Of a stretch of DNA of 64,000 nucleotides, positions 1 to 10,102 are shown one piece after another. Each line of letters opens with the position of its first letter. Within the stretch, counting starts at the first letter, position 1. The DNA is from a virus (lineage: Duplodnaviria > Caudoviricetes), in IMG/VR virus record IMGVR_UViG_3300037400_005024, positions 64,001 through 128,000 of that record; one strand, written 5' to 3'. The notes below the pieces were generated by a model. That model did no database searches. It saw only the letters and a list, made by a program, of their open reading frames with translations, and was not told the DNA's origin. A program made the translations under genes and the position numbers.

Positions 1-346
1 AGTAAAAATCATCTTTAAAGGAGTAACCTGAGAACTGAGGTTTTGTAAGAATCTTTTTAATCATTAAAAGAATACACTTTGCAAATTCGTTATAAGTAAC
101 TTCATCTGCTTGAGTTTTTTCAGATAATTCAATGATTCTTCTTTTTAAATGTTCTTTTAATTTAGTTTTCTTTGATGTGATTTTCTGATCTTTGTAAGAT
201 TTTTTAATTAAATTCAGAAAAGTTGAAATTAGTTCATTGATTCGTTTGTTATGCTTTGAATCTCCTACATTATTCTTTTTATTGTTTACTCTAATAATAA
301 GAGACTTAAGTTTAACTTCGTTTACATATATGTTTTTATTTGCCAT
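1..346 (-). CDS. gp55: Late-transcription sigma factor, T4 gp55-like (runs off window start)
   Basis: Hand translation from ATG at 346: MANKNIYVNEVKLK...FAKCILLMIKKILTKPQFSGYSFKDDFY, matching the gp55 YVN and PxFSGY motifs; many TATAAATA late promoters in the window. Confidence 0.85.
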   Translation of the reverse strand, partial: MANKNIYVNEVKLKSLIIRVNNKKNNVGDSKHNKRINELISTFLNLIKKSYKDQKITSKKTKLKEHLKRRIIELSEKTQADEVTYNEFAKCILLMIKKILTKPQFSGYSFKDDFY

Positions 347-367
347 TTTTATTTTTTATAAAAGATT

Positions 368-375
368 TATAAATA
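368..375 (+). promoter_or_regulatory. T4-type late promoter TATAAATA upstream of baseplate genes
   Basis: Exact TATAAATA about 60 nt before gp48. Confidence 0.75.
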
Positions 376-415
376 ATATAATCTAAAATGTAAATTATAT
401 TTACAGATCCAAAAA
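375..415 (-). promoter_or_regulatory. Putative middle-type promoter (TTTGGATC-N25-TATATT) for gp55
   Basis: Member of a motif recurring about 12 times with fixed spacing (see findings). Confidence 0.55.
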
Positions 416-433
416 CTTTTTATTTTTTAGAAA

Positions 434-1360
434 ATGACAATATCATCGTTAGTATTTCCAAGTTTTTTAAGTAACCCAGCATATGAAAACAAAAAAGTAA
501 CATTTAAAGTTGTAAAACCGTCAATTGGATCGACTGATGAAATGGCTAGACTTCAAAGTGCTATTAGTTTTGTTTTTAGATCTGACGCGGTGTCAAATGC
601 AATTTCAAGTACTGCAGGTCAAATTTCAGGCGATGCTTTCGGAATTCCAGCAGGTTTTAATCTTGAATCATCTGTAACTTTACCATATCCAGTCTCTTTA
701 TCTGATAATCAAAATCATAACTGGGAAAATGCTGAAGGACTTCTAGCTCAAACTACTCACGGTGCAATGGATGCAATTGGATCACAAATTTCAAAATGGA
801 GTTCAGGCAGCAATAGTATTATGTCTAAAGCACTTTCATTATTGTCAGGTGGCTCTGGAAGTCCTGATAAATTGTATGGTGCAATAGCTAATAAAATGGG
901 TGTTAGAAAGGCAGTTATTGATCCAGGATATTTCCAGAACTACACCGGTTCAACTCCAAGAACCTTTACAATGGCGTACACTTTAGTTCCGCAATCTCAG
1001 AAAGAAGCACAGACTATTAAAGATATTATTCTTTGGTTTAAACAGTATTCATCGCCAACATTTGTTGAAAACACTCCTTTAATGGGTGCACCGTTTGTTT
1101 TTAACATATCATTCGCTGGAAATCAGTACATTTCAGATATGTTTAAAATGGATAAGTGCGTTTTAACTGGTATTTCAGTTGATTACGCTTCTGATGGATC
1201 GTTTATGTTATTTAAAGATGGTTTTCCAAAACAGATTGGTTTAGCTTTAAACTTTGCCGAAGTTGAACTCAAGTACGCACAGGAGTACGCTGGACTATCT
1301 AGAGAAGAAATTACAGATAAACGAAATAAGTTGGAAAATTCAAATGATACTAAAGCTTAA
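434..1360 (+). CDS. gp48: Baseplate tail-tube cap, gp48-like
   Basis: PRTFTMAYTLVPQSQKEAQTIKDIILWFKQYSSP and CVLTGISVDY motifs; adjacent to gp53. Confidence 0.8.
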   Translation: MTISSLVFPSFLSNPAYENKKVTFKVVKPSIGSTDEMARLQSAISFVFRSDAVSNAISSTAGQISGDAFGIPAGFNLESSVTLPYPVSLSDNQNHNWENAEGLLAQTTHGAMDAIGSQISKWSSGSNSIMSKALSLLSGGSGSPDKLYGAIANKMGVRKAVIDPGYFQNYTGSTPRTFTMAYTLVPQSQKEAQTIKDIILWFKQYSSPTFVENTPLMGAPFVFNISFAGNQYISDMFKMDKCVLTGISVDYASDGSFMLFKDGFPKQIGLALNFAEVELKYAQEYAGLSREEITDKRNKLENSNDTKA

Positions 1361-1374
1361 GAGAATTTAAAGAT

Positions 1375-1926
1375 ATGTACAAATATTTAAAAAACACATT
1401 ATTAAATTTTGATACTATAAACATTGATGATGTAACAAATGTAACCATATCAAAAACTGAAAATTCTTTAAATGTTACACCAAGTTTGAATATTCAATTT
1501 TATGATAGAAATAAAATTCAAAAGATCAAAAACGTTATAAGTACTATGAATGACGCATGGTTTTCTTATGTTTTAGTACCTCAGAATTCAACTTTAGAAA
1601 AAATATCATACGATCTGTACGAGTCAAAAGACTATTGGGATATTCTTTTGTTAGTCAATGAAAGAATGCCATTATTTGATATGTATTACGACTACGATAT
1701 TATTTCAGAAGCTGGTGAAACTGCACTTCAAGAATATGAAAATAAAGTTTATAGAAAAAAGATTTTATCAGATGTTCGTGAACGTCTGAGAGTAAAAATG
1801 CAAGAAAACTATGAAGCAGAAAATGAAAATTTAAAAATCATAAAATATATTAAGAAAAATTACCTTTATGATTTTATAAACTTTATCAATAACGATTCAG
1901 CGAGAGTAGAAATTAAAAATCAATGA
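1375..1926 (+). CDS. gp53: Baseplate wedge subunit, gp53-like
   Basis: LysM-like TLEKISYDLYESKDYWDILLLVN and YEAENE motifs. Confidence 0.8.
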   Translation: MYKYLKNTLLNFDTINIDDVTNVTISKTENSLNVTPSLNIQFYDRNKIQKIKNVISTMNDAWFSYVLVPQNSTLEKISYDLYESKDYWDILLLVNERMPLFDMYYDYDIISEAGETALQEYENKVYRKKILSDVRERLRVKMQENYEAENENLKIIKYIKKNYLYDFINFINNDSARVEIKNQ

Positions 1927-3089
1927 GTATTGATACACTTTTTACAGAAACAAGTAAATTAAAACATTTTAAACTTACTATAGATGATATTGTTATTGCA
2001 CAAGACAGTATCTTAAATGTTTCTGTGCGCAGTTCACTATTTGGGTTTGGTGAGTACGCAGTTATAATGTTCAGAGATCCATTTTCAACAGTTAACTCAA
2101 CTCTCAGATTAAACGAAGAAACAGTTATAACGTTCGAAGTAAATGATTTTCTCAGAGATTATAGAAGATATGTTTTTAAAATTGTAAAAACAGAAATTTC
2201 AAACGATGAATCCAGAGCAAATTATGTAACACTTCACTGCGTTGATCCAGTTGCATACACTTTTAAAAATTTATTTTTAGCTAAATCTTTTAATACAGAC
2301 ATTTGTAGTGCTTTCAAAGAAATTTTCAATCAGTACAAGTGCGGTACATTTCTTTCAAAGATGGGTCTTAAACTAGACTGTGTTCCATCTAAAGTTTCAA
2401 AAAGTTTTACTTTACCTTCAGATATGAACGTTTTTGATTTTTTAAAAGCGTATACAAGATTGAGTAATGTTAGAATCTGGTATGATTCTAGTTATTTACA
2501 TGTAAAGGAATTCGATTTACAATCTGAAAAGTCTAAATATCCGTTAAAACTTGATGGAAAAGATATTCAGTACACTGATACTTGTGCAAACCCTGAATAT
2601 TTATTCAGAATTCATCAGTATAAAAAAGATGGTTTAAATCATGCTGAACTTATGGAATTAGTTCCATCTCAAGAAGTTATCAGATTTAAAGGAAAGTCTG
2701 TAGACCGTGAAACAATCAATTTAACAGATTTTTACAAGTCATTAGTTTTAAATAATAATTATGACTTTTCTACATTCCAGAACACTAAAGGTAAACGTTC
2801 TAATATCGCCGTTGATACTATAGAAGCTCAGAAACATGACTTGTTTACAGCGTTCATGAATTTGAATAAATTGAACATTGTTGTTGCTGGAAGTTTGAAG
2901 TATAACGCACCTGGATTTATTGTAAATGTTAAACTTGGTGAAAAATCTGCGTACAATGTACGACAGATAATGGGCGACGTTACAACTTCAGGTAATTATC
3001 TTGTTTTAGGAACAGAAAACAGATTTATTAAAGGACAATTTCATCAGTTATTAGAACTTGGACGATTTGATGCGCCAGCGGCGAAGTAA
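1923..3089 (+). CDS. Probable baseplate hub protein (gp27-like)
   Basis: Size, position after gp53, C-terminal SGNYLVLGTENRF...LELGR hub-type motif. Confidence 0.55.
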   Translation: MSIDTLFTETSKLKHFKLTIDDIVIAQDSILNVSVRSSLFGFGEYAVIMFRDPFSTVNSTLRLNEETVITFEVNDFLRDYRRYVFKIVKTEISNDESRANYVTLHCVDPVAYTFKNLFLAKSFNTDICSAFKEIFNQYKCGTFLSKMGLKLDCVPSKVSKSFTLPSDMNVFDFLKAYTRLSNVRIWYDSSYLHVKEFDLQSEKSKYPLKLDGKDIQYTDTCANPEYLFRIHQYKKDGLNHAELMELVPSQEVIRFKGKSVDRETINLTDFYKSLVLNNNYDFSTFQNTKGKRSNIAVDTIEAQKHDLFTAFMNLNKLNIVVAGSLKYNAPGFIVNVKLGEKSAYNVRQIMGDVTTSGNYLVLGTENRFIKGQFHQLLELGRFDAPAAK

Positions 3090-3186
3090 TATAGTACATT
3101 TACTTTTTCTTTCAATTTTAAAAAGTCCTTTAAAATCAATAACTTAATTAAAGTATTATTATAACTAAGTTATTGATTTATAAGGC
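3089..3186 (-). repeat. Dispersed intergenic element copy 1: inverted pair of AATCAATAACTTA (IHF-like) plus GTAAATGTACTATA
   Basis: Similar copies at about 25306-25416 and 46918-47028; this copy is inverted relative to them. Confidence 0.85.
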
Positions 3187-3192
3187 AATTTA

Positions 3193-3762
3193 TCAAAGAT
3201 AGCCAAATTTTTCAAGAATTTGATTTTTTAGAGTTGAATCAGAAATCTCAATAGGGGTGTAATTGTTGTCACCATAATCAACACAACAATTTATTCGTTT
3301 AAAATCTGTGTTTTGAACTTCTTTATCGTGAACATGTCCGTGATAAAGCAAATTACAATTATTATCCTTAAATGCTTTTAAAAACTCAGAATCATCTGTT
3401 AAAGGATAATGACAGAACATTGTTTTTCCTACAATGAAATAATTTAGAACATGTTCAAACCCTAAACGTTTAAAATCATAATCTGTATTATCATGATTAC
3501 CTAAAACAAGTATTTTATGTCCAGGTAACTTATTGAACATTTCTTCAAACTTTTCTACATTACATTTATTTAGATAAACTAAATCACCTAAAAATATGCA
3601 AATGTCATTTTCTTTAACTGTTTTAAGATAATTATTGATTTGATATTTTAAACACTCTAAAGATCCACTTTTAGAATATTCAAATGGTCTGTTACAGTAT
3701 TTTATGATATTGTCATGGAAGAAGTGATTATCACTCCAAATGTATATCTTCGTCATTGACAT
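3193..3762 (-). CDS. Calcineurin-like metallophosphoesterase
   Basis: SDNHFFH, LGDL, LGNHD, CHYP, HGHVH motifs. Confidence 0.9.
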   Translation of the reverse strand: MSMTKIYIWSDNHFFHDNIIKYCNRPFEYSKSGSLECLKYQINNYLKTVKENDICIFLGDLVYLNKCNVEKFEEMFNKLPGHKILVLGNHDNTDYDFKRLGFEHVLNYFIVGKTMFCHYPLTDDSEFLKAFKDNNCNLLYHGHVHDKEVQNTDFKRINCCVDYGDNNYTPIEISDSTLKNQILEKFGYL

Positions 3763-4114
3763 AGAATTTAATATCTAAACTATCCTCTTTTAAAAAATTT
3801 TTACATATGCAATCTATCAATTCTTCTTTTGATAAACCTTGTGTTTTTGAAATAAATACATGTGCTCTTCTTATATATATGAGTTTTAAAACAAATTCTT
3901 TAATAAAACCTATAGTCTTTGTTATCGGTATAAGAACTAATAACATCATAACTATAGGAAAACAAATACATTCTATAATATTTTTAAATGTTATTATTTG
4001 AGAAAAATATAACTTAACGCATGTTTCAATAAAAACAAGCACAAGTACACTAGAGATATAAAAATCTAAAAGTGCAATGAATGTGCTAAATTCAGCTAAC
4101 TCAACAAATAGCAT
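3731..4114 (-). CDS. Hypothetical membrane protein
   Basis: Two hydrophobic segments; overlaps both neighbours in an operon. Confidence 0.55.
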   Translation of the reverse strand: MLFVELAEFSTFIALLDFYISSVLVLVFIETCVKLYFSQIITFKNIIECICFPIVMMLLVLIPITKTIGFIKEFVLKLIYIRRAHVFISKTQGLSKEELIDCICKNFLKEDSLDIKFYVNDEDIHLE

Positions 4115-4802
4115 TTAATTCACAAAAACATGCTAGTATATTAAGATATTTATCACGTACTCTTGTTCCCATATCTTGATACTTTGCTAGAATTACAATT
4201 GCTCTTGAAATCTGTTCTGGCTTACTGAATAACTTATCAATATTTTTATAAAGAACACTGAAAAATGCATCAGGACAAGTTAAATTCTGAACACTCTTTG
4301 AAAGATTTTCAAAACTCTTTGATTTTAAAGCATTTATAATATCACTTAATTCATCATTTGAAATACCAGAAACATTAAGTTCACCTGTACTTGAATACTT
4401 TCTGAGATCAACTATCATACCTCTAACAGAAGGATAATTTTTATCAATAATCTTTCTGATTGACGAATTATCAAACTTAATATTCTCGTTATTAAGAATG
4501 AATAAAATTCTATTAACAATCTGAGGAACCATGTCAGTTTTGTCAAAATCTACAAAATCATAGTTTTCAAGTCTATTTAAAAGAGGTTCGATGATATTTT
4601 CTTTATAATTTCCTGTAAAAACGAATCTGCAATTGTTTGAAAATTCATCAATGAATCCGCGGTATGCAGCCTGTGCGTCCGGGGTTAATCTGTCACAATT
4701 ATGTGTTACAATACCGTTTTTTGTAATGAAAGTATGATTCTTGTGAACAGTTAAATTAATAACATGACCTTCATTTATTCTTTTTATACTTTTTATCTTC
4801 AT
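4101..4802 (-). CDS. gp44: Clamp loader large subunit C-terminal half, preceded by a 35-aa split-intein IntC
   Basis: MKIKSIK...NHTFITKNGIVTHN|CDRLTPDAQAAYR...CRFVFTGN..IIEPLLNR: intein blocks F/G followed by RFC-type AAA+ motifs. Confidence 0.92.
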   Translation of the reverse strand: MKIKSIKRINEGHVINLTVHKNHTFITKNGIVTHNCDRLTPDAQAAYRGFIDEFSNNCRFVFTGNYKENIIEPLLNRLENYDFVDFDKTDMVPQIVNRILFILNNENIKFDNSSIRKIIDKNYPSVRGMIVDLRKYSSTGELNVSGISNDELSDIINALKSKSFENLSKSVQNLTCPDAFFSVLYKNIDKLFSKPEQISRAIVILAKYQDMGTRVRDKYLNILACFCELNAIC

Positions 4803-6253
4803 TCAAAACATCTCCAAAGCTTTCTACAATAATCCTTCAAATCATCAGGAATATATGAAAACACATTATTATTATAATTTAATTTAAAGTAATTTTCATC
4901 GATTACCCTAAAACTCTTATTATTTTCTTTGCAATATTTTATTGCAGCATTAAATTTTAAAATATTTGTCTCATTTGTTTTACATGAGTTTGGCTTTATT
5001 TCAAATAATGTATTTTTATCAGAGAAGTCTACAATATAATTTCGTTTGTTTCCATCAATAATATATGGTATTCTAACTTTCTCATAATCTAATTTGTTTT
5101 TCTTAATTTTACACTCAATTATATAAAATAAAAATTCCCAGGATGATCTAAATTTAATATTATCAATTTTAAACTTTTTAGAATGTGTCCACGAATTTGT
5201 AATATTTGGTGTAAATCTACCTTCAGCAATTGCATTTTTTAATTTGTTAGATAAATTTTTACGATATTCATCACTTCGTTCATACAATGAAAAACATTTA
5301 TTATAACACTTTCGTGAGCATGAAAATGTTGCTCCTATTTGAATCAACTGAAGTTTTCCGTCTTTTAAGATTTTATCATATTTAACATATTTTTTCCCGC
5401 AACACGCACATGTATTAAGCATATCAGGTTCATAAATTTTATTAAAAACAAATGAAAATGATGAATTAACTTGGGGACGTTGCAAAAAATAATTGTTAAA
5501 AATAATTGCGCGATCATATAATAAATTTTTAATTTGTTTAAAAGTATATTTGCGTGATAATTCTAATAATTTTGAATTTGAAAATTTTTTCAATTTTAAA
5601 TTAAGCAAATATAGTTTAAAATCAATTTCTGAAAATTTCTTGTAATCATCATAATATTTCATTAGGTGTCCTTTGTTACATCCATGACAAATACAAGGAT
5701 TTTTAGAAAATAAATTTATTATAATCTTATGTTTACAAAATATACATTTAGACTCTCGATCAAATAGTTTTAAAAATATTCTCTTTTTAAACGATGCTGG
5801 ACTTTTAATAACTCTATTATCGTAAATATCTTTAAAAGGAAATTTAACATTTTTATAAAATTCAAGATTGTTTAGAACAAATTCGCTATATTGCTGTCTA
5901 TGCAAATTTTTTGTTTCAATATTATTTTTTAAAAATAATTTTCTCGTACATTCTTTATTGGAACATGTTTGGCCGTACCCTTTAAAAATGCTAATAAATC
6001 TCGCAGCATTTTGACAAAATAAGCATTTGCAAACATTATCATTGTTTAATTTATTAAACAATTTTTGAGGCGTTAAATTTTTGTATTTGCTAAAAAAATT
6101 AGTAGGCCTAACTTTTGAAATATGCTTTAATAAAATTTCACGTTCATTTTTTGAAAACACAATTTCGTTTTCATTTTCGTTCTTATCAAATATTTCAATC
6201 TTTTCAAGAATTCCTGAAATATCAGAAGTAGCAGACGATATCATCGTTTTCAT
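4799..6253 (-). CDS. Free-standing homing-endonuclease-like protein (CxxC repeats plus TnsA-like PD-(D/E)xK domain)
   Basis: FRSSWE...YEKVRIPY...NYIVDF...FEIKP; several CxxC pairs; lies between the two gp44 halves. Confidence 0.8.
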   Translation of the reverse strand: MKTMISSATSDISGILEKIEIFDKNENENEIVFSKNEREILLKHISKVRPTNFFSKYKNLTPQKLFNKLNNDNVCKCLFCQNAARFISIFKGYGQTCSNKECTRKLFLKNNIETKNLHRQQYSEFVLNNLEFYKNVKFPFKDIYDNRVIKSPASFKKRIFLKLFDRESKCIFCKHKIIINLFSKNPCICHGCNKGHLMKYYDDYKKFSEIDFKLYLLNLKLKKFSNSKLLELSRKYTFKQIKNLLYDRAIIFNNYFLQRPQVNSSFSFVFNKIYEPDMLNTCACCGKKYVKYDKILKDGKLQLIQIGATFSCSRKCYNKCFSLYERSDEYRKNLSNKLKNAIAEGRFTPNITNSWTHSKKFKIDNIKFRSSWEFLFYIIECKIKKNKLDYEKVRIPYIIDGNKRNYIVDFSDKNTLFEIKPNSCKTNETNILKFNAAIKYCKENNKSFRVIDENYFKLNYNNNVFSYIPDDLKDYCRKLWRCFE

Positions 6254-6857
6254 TTAAACCTTCTTTAATACTCTTCTGAATGAATTTACCATTTTCTCTA
6301 ACGATAAATGGGTGATTATCGGTTACTTTAATTGTTCTACCATCAGCAAGTTCAACTTGATAAATTGTATCATTTTTAGATGAAATAACTTCGCATGTAT
6401 CATCTTCGAATGAACCAGTATTCATGTTGAAAGACTTACATTTGTAAATTTTACCAATTTCAAGGTCTTTTAACTTCCTTGGAACTTCTTTATTGTCTTC
6501 AATTAAAATTACTTCTTCATTTTCATCTAAGCACTCATCCATAATTACAACTTTCAGTTTATTCGAAATTGAACGTCTTGATGCAAATGAATGAATTTCA
6601 TTTCTAATTAAGTCAATACCTTTATTTAAAGATGCGTTTACCCAGTATGCTTCAACGTTTTGATGATTTGCAATTGCATTTGCTAGACTTGACTTACCTA
6701 GACCTGGTAAGTATGACCAAAGTCCTAAGTTCGGTAGTGTTCCATTTTCAAGTCCAGTTTTAATAGAAGTTCTGAGTTTTTCTGGTAAAATAACATCATC
6801 AATTGTCTGTGGTTTGTATTTTTCAGACCAAATGGACTGCTTTTCATCAATTAGCAT
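6222..6857 (-). CDS. gp44: Clamp loader large subunit N-terminal half fused to a 103-aa split-intein IntN
   Basis: WSEKYKP, PGLGKSS (Walker A), NAS, VVIMDE|CLDENEEV (intein block A at 6533), VTDNHPF (block B). Confidence 0.92.
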   Translation of the reverse strand: MLIDEKQSIWSEKYKPQTIDDVILPEKLRTSIKTGLENGTLPNLGLWSYLPGLGKSSLANAIANHQNVEAYWVNASLNKGIDLIRNEIHSFASRRSISNKLKVVIMDECLDENEEVILIEDNKEVPRKLKDLEIGKIYKCKSFNMNTGSFEDDTCEVISSKNDTIYQVELADGRTIKVTDNHPFIVRENGKFIQKSIKEGLNENDDIVCYF

Positions 6858-6956
6858 GTTTAATCCTCTGTTTAAAAATTGAAGACATTTTTTTTTTTAA
6901 AGTGTCTTAAAACGTCTTCAATAATATTTTAATACTGTAACACTAAATTCAGGTTA

Positions 6957-7976
6957 TTAACCTAAAAGATTTTCAATCTTTAACTTCTTATCTTTAGGTT
7001 CTAAATCAGAATTCATAATATTTCTAATACCTTCTTTATTTGTTTCAGTAATCAGAATAGGTTTTACAAGTGATTCTAAAGGTCTATTTTCAGAAATTGC
7101 CTTTTTAGCTCTGACCCAATTTACTTTAGCGTTGAAAATACCTTTCTTAAGATCTAATCTTACTAAGTCAAAACCCCATTTAGATAAGAATTTTGAAGTG
7201 CTTTCAATACATCTTTCAGGAAGATTTGAAAATGTTGAAACACCCTGAGTAATTGCCGGAGTCTGATAACCTACAGGAAGAACTTCAGTACCATTTCCAT
7301 AAATCATTTCCTGAATCAGAATGTCAAAATCTTCCCATCCTGAGTTAACATCGTAATTAATGTTCTTTTCTTTAGCAAATTTTGAATTTATCTGAATAAC
7401 TTGAATACCCTGCGCATTATGCTTTGTAAAGTTAGGCATGTTTTCAATATCACAGAATCTGAAAGCTGTCCAATTCATAAGTCCTGAATACTTATAATCG
7501 TATTTCTTTGTTAAAAATGTCCAGAACTTAAAAAGAAAATCATACGAAATTTTAAAAGGAGCATTCACAGACTTTTCTGTTTTATATGGAAGTACAAAAT
7601 TTGTACAATCATCTTCAACTAAGAAAGCATTTTCAATATTTTTACTTTGTAATAAATCTATAACGTACTTACGCTTATTTGCTAAACCTGGAATTTCCGA
7701 ATCATCATAAAAATGACACTTAAAATCTGTGTACTTTTCTTTATTAGACTCAGATGTTACAACTAAATAATTTGAATAACCATCTAAGTTAACTAAAAAC
7801 TTTGAACGTTTTGGATTAAAATCATGTGATAATACTATAACTGGAAATGCTTCAAATTCAGGATTATTTTTTAAATAATCTCTAAATTCAATAAATTCAC
7901 TTACAAATGGTAAATCTTTAACTAAATCAATATACTTGTTTAAATCGTTTAGGTCTTTTTCTGAAAACATATTCAA
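6957..7976 (-). CDS. GT-A-fold glycosyltransferase resembling DNA-base glycosyltransferases
   Basis: GLANKRKYVIDL, FLVEDD, WEDFDILIQ motifs as in the T-even glucosyl-hmC glucosyltransferase/TAGT family. Confidence 0.6.
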   Translation of the reverse strand: MNMFSEKDLNDLNKYIDLVKDLPFVSEFIEFRDYLKNNPEFEAFPVIVLSHDFNPKRSKFLVNLDGYSNYLVVTSESNKEKYTDFKCHFYDDSEIPGLANKRKYVIDLLQSKNIENAFLVEDDCTNFVLPYKTEKSVNAPFKISYDFLFKFWTFLTKKYDYKYSGLMNWTAFRFCDIENMPNFTKHNAQGIQVIQINSKFAKEKNINYDVNSGWEDFDILIQEMIYGNGTEVLPVGYQTPAITQGVSTFSNLPERCIESTSKFLSKWGFDLVRLDLKKGIFNAKVNWVRAKKAISENRPLESLVKPILITETNKEGIRNIMNSDLEPKDKKLKIENLLG

Positions 7977-7982
7977 TTTCCT

Positions 7983-9434
7983 TTAAAAGTAAAAATAATC
8001 CAATGACTCTAGATATTCATCTGGTGTTCCAAATGAAAGGTATTCATTTACTAAAATTGTCTTATATTTCAAATACTTAAATGCAGAATCAAGGTAAAAT
8101 TCTCCATTTACTCTGTCATCTTTTTCAAACTGCTTTTCAATTGCTTCGATAAGTTTCTGATTATCTTTAACCCAGAACGAACCAATTAAAACATTTTGAT
8201 CCATTGATTTTCTTTGTTTAATAGATAATTCAGAGTCTGAACACCATGAAAATGAGTTAAGATTATGAATCTGATAATCAGTTGGCTTTGTAACAAAAAT
8301 TATAGCATCATAATCAGATTTGTACTCTTCAATATCTGGATAATTGCATAAAAGATCGCAAGGAACAATTAAAGTTTCACCTTTTAAATTCTTTAAAGAT
8401 GAATAATATGAAAATGATGCACCTATCTTGTTTGATGGAACGTAGTTTAATAAATCTGTATCAGGTGTAGTTTCCCAGAATCTTCTATGCTCCTTTGAAC
8501 AAACAATCTGATTAGCGTTTATAGAATTTTTAATGATTGAGTACAGCGGTTTGTTATCAACTGGTAAAAATGGCTTTGGTACTTTATAATTAAGTTTTAA
8601 AAATCTTTCACCTTTACCAGCAGCTAAAATGATTCTGTTTTTAGCTGTACAGTTATTATTTAAAGAGAAGTTTAAACACTTTTTAACATGTTCAAGATCT
8701 TCAGGTGTACCTAACTGATAAAATTTATCAACTGAATTAAATGCAAAACCGTCAATGTATCTGTATAATAATGAACAGTAAAATTCGCCATTTAGGCATT
8801 CATCTGAAACTTTAGAATTTAAAAGTTTTTCTGAACTCTCTAAAAGAAGGTCAACAGAACTGAAATAGTAAATACCAGGACTCCAGAGTTCTTCAAGTCT
8901 ATTCTTTGAATTGTACTTTTCAAAAACTGCTTGAATTTGATTATTTGATTTTACTTTATAAGCGGCATAAACGTTTTTTGGATTTTTTAAATTAGGATGA
9001 TTTCCTGAATAACATGGAACAACACCAAAATCTTTATTAGTTTCTTTTAATTCTGAAATAGTATCTAAAAACTTTTGATAATCCCATTTAACTCCAAAAT
9101 CGCAGTATGAAACTATCAGATCACCTTTAATAGATGAAATTTCATCTTTAACTGCGTAAATTGTGCCAACAGGACCATTTTTAACAAATTCAGAATCTTT
9201 TATAGTAAAAATCTTTGTTTTTAAATTCTTATTCTTTAAAAAATCTGTTAAATCGTTTAAAACAGATTCCCTAACAATGAAATAAAAATTGTCTGATTTA
9301 TCAAAAGAATCTAAAACAAAATCTAAAACTTTTCTGTTATTCTTTTCATCTACAGTAATAAATGGCTTGTACTCTTTATAACCAGCATTTTTGAAACGTG
9401 TTCCAAAGCCAGTCATTGGAATTAAAATATTCAT
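7983..9434 (-). CDS. Sugar-phosphate nucleotidyltransferase with two tandem domains
   Basis: IPMTGFGTRF..YKPF...LGTPEDL, then ILAAGKGERF..PKPF...FGTPDEY. Confidence 0.85.
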   Translation of the reverse strand: MNILIPMTGFGTRFKNAGYKEYKPFITVDEKNNRKVLDFVLDSFDKSDNFYFIVRESVLNDLTDFLKNKNLKTKIFTIKDSEFVKNGPVGTIYAVKDEISSIKGDLIVSYCDFGVKWDYQKFLDTISELKETNKDFGVVPCYSGNHPNLKNPKNVYAAYKVKSNNQIQAVFEKYNSKNRLEELWSPGIYYFSSVDLLLESSEKLLNSKVSDECLNGEFYCSLLYRYIDGFAFNSVDKFYQLGTPEDLEHVKKCLNFSLNNNCTAKNRIILAAGKGERFLKLNYKVPKPFLPVDNKPLYSIIKNSINANQIVCSKEHRRFWETTPDTDLLNYVPSNKIGASFSYYSSLKNLKGETLIVPCDLLCNYPDIEEYKSDYDAIIFVTKPTDYQIHNLNSFSWCSDSELSIKQRKSMDQNVLIGSFWVKDNQKLIEAIEKQFEKDDRVNGEFYLDSAFKYLKYKTILVNEYLSFGTPDEYLESLDYFYF

Positions 9435-10102
9435 TATTTAGTCCTCTTTAAATTCTGTCTGTAAACTTCATCTGGTGTTAACAGTTTATTACACTGTTCT
9501 GTACTCAAAGTATCTAATTCAAGATTAGATGATTTTATGAAAAGTGAAATATATGCATTAGCAAGAATCTGTTCAGGATTATCCTGCATTACAAAATCAT
9601 CTGGACAGTAGAAATACTTAATCTTTGGTTTATACTCTGCAAGATCATCTATTATCTCAGAGCATTCTGAAGCTGAATCACTCTGAACAATGACACCGTG
9701 ATTTCTTAGGAAAATCAACTTATTATCACCGATTGTACAGTCTGAAAGATCTGCACCAGGTGTTCTGTATTCTACAATCTTTGGATTATATTTTGAGAAT
9801 CTATCTAAAAGAGCACCTGAGATAATTGGAATAATATAAATTGGATGATAATGCAAAACAAACTTGAACTTTGAATTTTTATGCATTCCAATTTCTAAAG
9901 ATGCTTTTCTAGAATCGTTTTCATGAATAATCTGAAAAGGTTCTCTAAGCGCTGTTCCGGATGCTTTAATGTAAAGACCATCTAAAGTTTTAACAGAAAC
10001 ATTACCACCATATCCAGGAGAATCTAAAACATTTCCAATTTTAGATGTTATTTCTACTAAATCATCTAAATCGTTTTGTATTATCATACTATCTTCAAAC
10101 AT
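9434..10102 (-). CDS. Class II aldolase/adducin-family protein
   Basis: GGNVSVK, IKASG, SLEIGMH, HYHP, LRNHGV. Confidence 0.85.
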   Translation of the reverse strand: MFEDSMIIQNDLDDLVEITSKIGNVLDSPGYGGNVSVKTLDGLYIKASGTALREPFQIIHENDSRKASLEIGMHKNSKFKFVLHYHPIYIIPIISGALLDRFSKYNPKIVEYRTPGADLSDCTIGDNKLIFLRNHGVIVQSDSASECSEIIDDLAEYKPKIKYFYCPDDFVMQDNPEQILANAYISLFIKSSNLELDTLSTEQCNKLLTPDEVYRQNLKRTK

